Assembly (NCBI RefSeq): GCF_006345805.1 | Contig: NC_043000.1 | Span: 30,566,001 to 30,630,000 of the forward strand | Direction of reading: 5' to 3' | Length of the DNA: 64,000 nt | From: Octopus sinensis | Lineage: Eukaryota | Shown here: piece after piece, positions 55,060 to 64,000 of the stretch | How positions within the stretch are numbered: the first letter of the stretch is position 1 | Layout: every line of letters begins with the position of its first letter | Made by a program: the position numbers and the translations under genes | The notes under the pieces: generated by a model | What the model was told of the DNA's origin: nothing | Database searches by the model: none | Seen by the model: the letters and a program-made list of their open reading frames with translations, nothing else

Positions 55060-55477
55060 TAAATTAGGGTATCTACGAGATACCGCCATGCTGAAAATAT
55101 CAGCCATGATCTGACTTTAAAACCACCTAAATTGTTCATATATCAACACGAAGAGAAAACACAAAGAGACAAGATGAAACTAGTAAAAAATTACTGGATA
55201 ATTCTAGATCCGAATTTTTGGCTTTGCATTTATGAATGCTTTGCCTCGTCAGTAGAATACACACAGAAGATAAGCATAAATACATATATATATAAATACA
55301 ACATACGAATACTTACATATACGAACGTATACCAACATATATATGCACGTATGCATCATGGCCAGTTCAAAATGCCCGCCGTTTCATTCCATGTGAGATA
55401 TGGTCAAAATATCGTCGCAGTAAATATAGTAGGAAATAAATATAATTCATATAAATAGGGTAAGATCGTTAATTTAA

Positions 55478-55480
<3 letters not shown>
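55054..55480 (-). mobile_element. Hammerhead-bearing Penelope-like/retrozyme element, same family as 60801-61258
   Basis: Minus ATTCTA CTGACGA GGC AAAGCAT TCATAA ATGC AAA GCC AAAAA TTCGGA TC TAGAAT (55201-55258); body homologous to 61021-61165; (TA)n flanks. Confidence 0.75.
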
Positions 55481-55547
<67 letters not shown>

Positions 55548-55634
55548 CGATAAGATCGTTAATTTAAATATATATATATATATATATCTAGTAAAAATAT
55601 TTTCCCTGTAAGTTTGGATTTATTCCCTAATATT

Positions 55635-55670
<36 letters not shown>

Positions 55671-55674
<4 letters not shown>

Positions 55675-55820
55675 AGTAATTTTTACTAGATTCATCTTGT
55701 CTCTTTGTATTCTCTCTGTGTTGCTATATGGACACTTAAGCTGGTTTTAGAGTCAGATCATGGCTGCTATTTTCAGTATGGTGGTATCTCGTAATGCCTT
55801 TATTTGTAATTTTGATAATT
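55671..55820 (+). mobile_element. Inverted partial copy of the same element
   Basis: ATCCAGTAATTTTTACTAG...AGTCAGATCATGGCTG...GGTATCTCGTA is the diverged reverse complement of 55054-55200. Confidence 0.8.
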
Positions 55821-55887
55821 ATATATATGTAATTACTTACTTCTCGTTATATAAGGTCTTAGCAGCATAGCAACATCATATCTATAT

Positions 55888-56339
55888 CGTAGCAGAACGT
55901 TTAATCACCATATTTTTATTCCTGGATCAGAAGATCATAACGTTGTAACTTGTACTCATTACGTTTCGATGTATTTGCACTTTTTTAATGAATGTAAACA
56001 CCAAAATCATCTATGAAACTAGATATTGGCGTCGCACCTAGTCGCTTTTTAACAGGCATTCTTACTGTGATTTTAAATAAATTTATCCAAATTCCCTTAT
56101 TCCAACTTCTGATAACAACTGAGAGACTAAGAGAATTTGGATATGTTTGTTTAAAATCTTAGTAAGATTGCTTGTTAGGGAGCGACAATATGCCACTCCT
56201 GTATCTATTTTGATAGAAACATTTGATGCTTGCGCTCATCAAAAAAGTGCAAATACATCGAAACGTAACGAATACAAACTACAATGTTATGACGTAATGA
56301 TTTAGAAATAAAACTATAGTCAATAAACATTCTGTTACG
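55888..56339. repeat. About 450-bp imperfect palindrome (fold-back/MITE-like)
   Basis: TTACGTTTCGATGTATTTGCACTTTTTT vs AAAAAAGTGCAAATACATCGAAACGTAA; ATCCAAATTC vs GAATTTGGAT near centre 56115. Confidence 0.85.
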
Positions 56340-56910
56340 CTGAAAATCACATGAAAATATTCCGTTTAGTTTCTATGTTATAATAATGTGATTATTTATC
56401 TCAATTTCCACTTTAGATATTCATACGAATGGTGTGAATGCCATAGAGTTGAATGCTCCTTACAATATAATGCAAGCCTAAAGAAAACATTATTATCTTC
56501 CACGAAGAGCAGTAGTCTTTTTTTATGGATGCTTTCATTTCAGGATTCCTATTTTTATTGACATATCTTCCAGAAATAAGTAGCACGAAATAACTAAGTT
56601 CTGGTGACATTATATTTAAAACTGTACTAGAGTACCTCTGTTTTTCTTCCGGGGATAACTCACTTAATGTTTAAGAAATAATTACTTATTTCAGTTGGAC
56701 TGAAATAAATCTGTGTTGCACTTGATGGTAAAGATAATTCTGCCCAGTGTATATAAAGTAGGTTACAGTACGATATGATCACAATATCCATGTACAAATT
56801 CGATTATTTAGATGGGTTGCTTTGCGTAATTTCAGTACAGAGAAATAATCGCTTTATGATAAAGTCGGATCAAAGGAAATGGAAGAGATTATACAAACTT
56901 CTTATTCATC

Positions 56911-56924
56911 GTTGCTATGGTAAC
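56911..56924. promoter_or_regulatory. RFX X-box-like motif GTTGCTATGGTAAC
   Basis: Matches GTTGCCATGGCAAC-type consensus at 12 of 14 positions in repeat-poor sequence. Confidence 0.3.
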
Positions 56925-59019
56925 GTTCTCTTACAGGAGCTTATCTTAGACAACGGTTAACATGATGACAAGAAAACATATAAATTCGCTTTCATCTGAT
57001 TGATTAGTTAGTGGGTGTTATGGACGGGATTTCAATGCAAGAACCCTATTTGATGATAGAAATGAATGCCTTGATGGAGTTACTAAAGGATTCTTCCACA
57101 CCATTTTAGCAATAAGATTTGATTATTCTTCTACAGCTTCACGCCTATAGAATGCTGCCTGAGATGTAATCCTGCCTATATCACAGAAGGAAACTTAAAT
57201 TAGTCTTTCAAAATGGCGCTTCACAATCCAGTCTGATAATGTGTAGTATTGCCAATCATAGACACGTTTAAAAATTTCGATTTAATATTGTGTCCAATAA
57301 AATAAATATTAGCAGATTTGCAAAGATTTTTATGTGTTTAATCCCTTTCTATATCTTGTTTACATTAAGTAGCTGGACCGTATATTCTCATAAATTATTC
57401 CAGAAATCTTTAGATCCTTGTAAAACATGAATGCTGCACAGTTGTCTTTTAATGTTTACGAAATATGAGGTGGTAATAAATTAAGTTTTAACTGTTATAA
57501 TAATAATTATGAAGTAAATGATGAAATTTGTGTAAATTGAGTTTACATGGAGGAAATACGAAAATATAAATATTTGAGGGTTAATAAAAGTTTTGCTTAA
57601 AATGTATTTTTGCAACCAAAGTAAATCTACACCATTTCATGATTATAATAATGAGGATGCCTTTCCTTAGCCTTTCAAACATTCTCTTTGGATACAAACC
57701 AAACAAATATGTGTGAGCAGTAATACTATAGATATGCAGTTGACTAGATTGCTGTAATATTCTTTTCCAGCTCTCTATGAATACACAGTTAAAAACAATT
57801 ACAAGTTAATATGTTGTGATTCCAATAAATACATGTGGCTTTTGTTTCTTTTCAACTAACCTCAAGTGCTCGGTATTTAGGGATTACAGAACATTGTTTT
57901 TAATGCTTTCATTTAAAAGAATGGTCTGTGTCTTTATTCTTTGCATGTCAAGCCAGATACAAGCCGATGGCCACAGATAGACATGGAATGGTGGGATTGC
58001 GATATGGAGAATAGAAGAAACGAATAATGTAGAATCTGGAGCATTGGAATAATATGGGTGGTGAAAGGAGGAAAAACGGATCAAGAAAAATGGCCGAAGT
58101 AGAATTGAAATGAGACCAGTTTCATTCTCAAATGAATGCATCCATAAAAACAGGGCTGCTTTCGTGCAAAGTTATAATGTTTTCTTTACACCTGCATAGA
58201 ATGGTAGGGAATATAAGACTCGATAGGACCCATATCTTCCGTATTAATATTAGATATGTCAAATGAGAAAAATAATGACATTCTGTAAAATAGGAGCTAA
58301 ACAAAATATTTTGAAGTAATTAGAATGCGACTTGTCAGACGCTGAACGTTTCTCTTTCGATAACAGCAGAGAGAATCAGGTAATTTAGATGGATTTCTTT
58401 ATTTAACATTGGGGCAAACATGTTTCACCAACCTAAAGAATGACAGTGACTAACAGCAGTGGAAGAGATTTAACGAGGAAACAACACCTTTGTAGACGAG
58501 AGCTTGGAGTGTTTTGCAGAGAGATTTCACGAAATTCAGATGGGTTGCTATTTATCGATACATAAATATTTATATTGAAACTTATTTTCTGCTTTGTGTT
58601 CTTATTGGTCAAAATTCTCTCCTTGATATTAAAGTCTAACATGTGTGTAAACAAGAATCACGTGGAAAACAAGGAGTGTTTGTTATTTCTGCCATGTAGG
58701 ATAAAAGGTACATATTAATATCTTTATAGATTTCATGTATGAAAACAAGAGAAGATATTTACCTGTGAAATACAGTAAAGTGTTTAAAACGCATATACCT
58801 GAATATGCGCGTATAGAAGCCGGAAGCTAAGAATTGTATACACACACAAATTCGTTGTGAGTTGAATATTAATAATTATTATGGTGTTTATATATCCATG
58901 TGGATTCTATGAGCCTAAACAGTGTGAATTGCTAAATTGGTGATACGTGTCATTCAATTGTATTTTCAAAAACTGAGTTTTACGTAAACGTTGCACCACC
59001 ATATCCAGCTGAACGATAT

Positions 59020-59235
59020 CGGTTTCAAATTTTGACACAAGGCCAGCAATTAAGGCTCATGGGATGAATCATTTACATAAACACCAATGCATTACTAGTA
59101 CTTGTTTTATCCACCGCGAAATGATGACAGGCAAAGTCGACCTCGGTAGTATTTGAATTCAGAACGTAAAGACAGACGAAATGCTGCGAAGCACTTTTCC
59201 CGACTCGCTAACGATTCTGCCCAGCTCGCTGCCTT
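59020..59235 (-). mobile_element. SINE family A, older copy
   Basis: Head and core on minus strand; TSD ATCCAGCTGAA at 59003-59013 and 59237-59247. Confidence 0.85.
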
Positions 59236-59265
59236 AATCCAGCTGAAAACAATATCAACAATATA

Positions 59266-59502
59266 CAGTAATCCCTCGAGTATCGCGGGTGTTACATTCC
59301 CAAACTCCCCGCGATAGGTGGAAATCCGCGAAGTACAAACAGTACTGTACTGTATATACTTTAAAATTATTTTTATAATTTGTATATATTTATTTTATTA
59401 TAAATGCAAAACAACATCACTGTAGACTCGACGTAATCTTAAATGATAATCCGTGATAGATGAACCGCGATAGGTTAACCACGATATGGCGAAGAATTGC
59501 TG
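59266..59502. mobile_element. pogo/Tigger-like MITE
   Basis: TA|CAGTAATCCCTCG ... CGAAGAATTGCTG|TA; subterminal CCGCGATAG repeats. Confidence 0.8.
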
Positions 59503-60011
59503 TATACTATTGCACATATTACATTTACTACGCAAAATACTTAACTGTTGTATAATATACTTCACAGTCAATCATCATAAATGTCCTGACCTCGAAACTT
59601 AATTTTCTAACCCAGGACTCTCATTCATTTAAGTTCTTAATGAAGTTCAAACCAGTGTCTAATAAGCTATCAAAACGATTTAAGACAGATCTCGGGGTTT
59701 GTAAATCAGTGGCATAAGTTACTGTTTGTATGTTTCGATGTGATTGTACCTGCACTTATTGTCTGTGTGAAGTTGTCACGTTAGTATTTAGGTGTGTCAT
59801 ACATTGGCATACATTTCTATGCATCATTAGATTCTATATATGTGTTTTTGTACTTGCACCCAAGCGTGTCTATATATTCCTTTAACGAATCTAATATGGA
59901 CAAACTTCGGCAAAAGTCTTACACGATTTCACGGCGCCGCTAATATATTATATTTGGAAGATGCGCGTTAGTTTTTTTGGTTTGGTCCTTCTTAGAAAAT
60001 CATGTGTGTGT

Positions 60012-60050
<39 letters not shown>

Positions 60051-60478
60051 GTGTGTGTGTGTGTGTGTGCGTGTGTGTGTGTGTGCGTGTGTGTTGATGT
60101 GGGTGTGTGTGTGCGTAAAAACACTTTTCAATATTAATGTGATCACTTTAAACCAGAGTTCAGACTCAGTACAGAATTGTTAAAGCTGTTCTTCTGTTGG
60201 GAGTACGTAAGGACTCTGAAAACACCGAGTAATATCGAGTCAATTATATATGTTGTCACCTCGAAATTTTGCTTTAAACCAATGCAAGAACTAAACATTT
60301 AATATCGGAACCACATTTGTATTTGAACAGCAAAATAATGGTAGTGTATCGATTTGCTGGATATTTTGGAATGAATAAAATATGAATAGACATCTTACAA
60401 GAAACCTATAGGAATGTGTACTTAACATGAAACAATTTGATTTTACTCCCTATTCCGATAAGTCGACTAAAGAAATTA

Positions 60479-60525
<47 letters not shown>

Positions 60526-60800
60526 TATATATTCTCTTAGGTATCGCGAGACCAATAGACAAATATCGCGGTGTAATTCTCAATGTACGTAGGTTTCAGA
60601 ATGCAAGCGTTAGCTGAGTGTAGAGCGATGATAAGAAAGAGAGATGCCAAAGGAATAAATGTTTATCATGTAAACTCCATTAGCTTGCAGCTGTTTCTGA
60701 TATCAGAAGTAGTGAACTCATGCCTGAGTGCCTGAATATCACCTTAACACTTCATCGGAGTGTGTACGTACATACATACATACATACATACATACACACA

Positions 60801-61258
60801 TATAATTTTAATAATAATTATTACCATTGAAGGTTTTTATTTCCATGCTAGCCACCTAATAAGATCGGTATTCAAATAACGATCTTATCCTTTTCTATAT
60901 AAATTTAGATATTTATTTCGTCATTGTATTCATATATCTACATTTATGTGCTATCTGAGTATATTCCACTGATGAAGGCAGAGCATTTCTTATGCAGAGT
61001 CAGAAATCCGGGATCTGGAATTATTCAGTAATTGTTTTGCTAGTTTATTTTGTCTCTTTGTCTTCTCTCCTGGTGCTGTATTAACATTTAATGTGGTTTT
61101 GGAGTCACGTTTTGGCTGCTATTTCCAGCGTAGTGGTATCTCTTAAAATACCTTAAATTATAATTTTAATAATAATTATTAGCTTTGAAGGCTTTTATTC
61201 CCATGCTGGCCACCTGATAATATTGGTATTTAAATATCGATCTTATCCTTATTTATAT
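60801..61258 (+). mobile_element. Retrozyme-like/Penelope LTR element, 358-bp unit present about 1.3 times
   Basis: About 100-bp direct repeats at 60801-60900 and 61159-61258; contains a complete hammerhead; ends in (TA)n. Confidence 0.8.
60963..61021 (+). ncRNA. Minimal type I hammerhead ribozyme
   Basis: Stem I ATTCCA/TGGAAT, core CTGATGA, stem II GGC..GCAT TTCTT ATGC..GTC, GAAA, stem III ATCC G GGAT, cleavage triplet ATC (cut after 61015); 10.1-11.1 is A-A rather than G-C. Confidence 0.75.
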
Positions 61259-61260
61259 AT

Positions 61261-61311
<51 letters not shown>

Positions 61312-61484
61312 TATAGAATGATTGTCGTCATTTCTTTCTCTTTTGCCTGCGTTGTTTGCCTTTAAGTGCTGTGGTTTTACTGGGATCTCCCTTTTAAGTA
61401 GAAAGAATAGCCATAACTCTTTGACTGCTATTTCTAAATTCGGTGTGTGGTGAGGCAAATCGTTGCTAAACCCTTAATTACTTA

Positions 61485-61539
<55 letters not shown>

Positions 61540-61567
61540 ATATATAACACATATATATATACACACA

Positions 61568-61606
<39 letters not shown>

Positions 61607-61634
61607 ATATATATATATACACATATATATATAC

Positions 61635-61722
<88 letters not shown>

Positions 61723-62320
61723 TATATATCATTACTCTTTGTAAATCTCTCAACGAGAGACATTCAGTAACCGTACTCTAGAGTAAAGATTATTTGTATG
61801 TATCTATGAATGATTATATGTATTCGTGCATATATGTATGTATATATGTATTTGTATGTTTAGGCTTCACATAAGAGCACGTGAAATTTATCAGTCAAAT
61901 GTATTTTATCGTAAATACTAAATGTTTCTACTTATAATTAATTCTTAGATTTTTGGAAAATTTCAATTCGATACCGGCAATCGCATACACCACAAAAACA
62001 TCCTTTAAAAGAATGTGGAGATTTTAGTTACTTCACTTCCTTGATGCCAATTTATTCAAATGAGAAAAGAAGTAAATAAACCTTCTATAAATAGCTTTTT
62101 TATTCAAGTCAAATGTAACTAGAGTCTAATAACACCTATTTTACGTTTACGTTTTTTTTATTCCGAACCTTCTGGATCCTGCATGGTATAGAAAGCATAC
62201 AAACAACAGTATATTGTACTTCCATTTAGCCATAATTCCTAGCCTTATATGAACCGAAAACTCATTAATCAGCTTCTGCAGTTCTTCACCTAAATGATCG
62301 ATAAAGGAAAAGCCGCTCAC

Positions 62321-62419
62321 CTTAGGGAATTGGTATCAATCTTCAATCGATATCTAAGAGATTCATTATTTATCCCCCCACCAGTTACCATACCCGGTGC
62401 CAATGCGATAGGCCATCTT
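62321..62419 (-). other. Candidate 99-nt symmetric exon (RWPIALAPGMVTGGGINNESLRYRLKIDTNSL)
   Basis: Acceptor TTCTTCGTTAG, strong donor AAG|GTGAGC, one open frame, length divisible by 3; no homolog recognised. Confidence 0.3.
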
Positions 62420-62591
62420 CTAACGAAGAATTCAATTTGCCGTCAATAGCGGAGCAGTCTTATTTCATGGAATTACGCATGTATGGCAGCATCGTCAAAT
62501 GGAATAGCTTCCTTCAATATTTATTTTCCATTTACTTCGAAGAATCAGCTGGTATTCTTTCTCTCCATACAAACACACATATGTATGTATG

Positions 62592-62625
<34 letters not shown>

Positions 62626-62699
62626 TGTATGTATGCATGTATAATGTATGTGTATGTATGTCTAGCTATATGTACACATACACTACACACGCACACAAT

Positions 62700-62747
<48 letters not shown>

Positions 62748-62752
62748 ATATA

Positions 62753-62820
<68 letters not shown>

Positions 62821-63269
62821 GTCTGTATGTGTGTGTATGGATATATATGCATGTACGTATATGTATACACATCTCTATACATGATATACATATACACCTA
62901 CACACACACACATATATATATGTGTGTGTGTGTGTGTGTATGTGTGTGTGTGTGTATGTGTGTGTTTGTGTGTGTGTGTGTTTATTTCTATACGTCTACA
63001 GTTGGCCAATTTCATTTCTATTAATACATTGCCATCGTTGATATCTTGATAAATCTGGAGGTTCTTATATTTTTACCACTTTCATGGTTTTCTTTGTGTT
63101 TTTTTCCTGCTTGCACTCAAAACCAAAATGAATTCGAACTTTTCAGGTCCAGTATAAAAGACAAATTTTTAAATTAATTTCGGAAGAATAAGTTTGAAAT
63201 TCATTATTAAATGTCAAAATGAAATTCCAATTTATTCTTCTAAATGGAATATATTTCTAACAGACGATG

Positions 63270-63530
63270 TAGGTGCAGATATGGCTGTGTGGTTAAAAGT
63301 TTGCTTCCAACCACATAGTTCCAAGTTTAGTCTCATTGCGTGGCACTTTGGGCAGATGTCTTCTACTATAGCCTCGGACCATTGCTGTTGTGTTTATGCC
63401 CCGTTACATAGCGGTTCAGTAAAAGAAACTGATAGAATAAGTGCTAACCTTAAAGATTAAATAATGTATTCGTTCGACTGAGATTTCTCAAGGCGGTGCC
63501 CTAAACTGCCCAATGTCTAATGACTGGAGC
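63270..63530 (+). mobile_element. SINE family B, old copy lacking the central microsatellite
   Basis: AGGTGCAGATATGGCTGTGTGGTT...GCGTGGCACTTTGGGCA...AAGGCGGTGCCC. Confidence 0.75.
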
Positions 63531-64000
63531 AAATATAATATTTTTTTTTATGTGACTGTGAAATACAGACAACTTTATCTCTGGATTTTTAACGGGCGAT
63601 TTTTTGGTAGATAATTGTTTCTAGTACAAAAAGCAAAAATTATAAACAGCAAATAATCTACCTTTGTGTTATCAGATACTCAGCTTGGTGGGGGTAAATT
63701 TTGATTGTCTTCGAATCCTTTCCTTGTTTGGAGAGATTCATGAAACATATTCACATTGTGCATCTGCTTGTAACAACAGCAATAGCGGGAAATCGTTTCC
63801 AGTAGAGAGAGAGGTGTTTGATGATTTGTTGTAACAACGATACGCTCAGGGTTCAAGAGTCAAGGACTAGCTGCGAAAGGGAGAACAGATGTCGCCAGTA
63901 AACTGTAAGAAGTCACTGAGAAGGCAAAAGATTACATCTGACTCTAGAGAAAGGACTAGTGGTGCAGCAAGTATTACCATTGAAAATGATAGAGAAGCCT

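Noticed and set aside
55375-55425. Possible second minus-strand hammerhead (CTGCGACGA...GAAAC)
   Set aside because: Core has extra bases and stems I and III cannot be assigned

Overview
AT-rich, microsatellite-saturated animal DNA. It is most likely octopus (inferred from the tRNA-derived SINE families and repeat landscape) and looks intronic or intergenic. No intact protein-coding gene can be called with confidence, and most of the supplied ORFs are artefacts of (TA)n, (CA)n or trinucleotide tracts. Recognisable content: three modular tRNA-SINE families (my working labels A, B, C), decayed mariner/Tc1 transposases, a fold-back mariner MITE, a pogo-like MITE, a Chapaev-like transposase and a decayed RTE LINE. 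The most notable signal is a set of short non-coding elements embedded in (TA)n tracts that carry minimal type I hammerhead ribozyme motifs (Penelope-like LTR or retrozyme-like). These include a complete copy at 60963-61021 in a 358-bp tandem unit, a sister copy with a compensatory stem I change at 55201-55258, a head-to-head two-ribozyme hairpin at 8585-8769 and a U3-A8 core variant at about 41490-41563. Also present are a decayed block of convergent, unidentified reading frames (3.8-6.6 kb), several long inverted repeats and weak candidate exons. Everything was read by eye; no searches were run and repeat boundaries are approximate.
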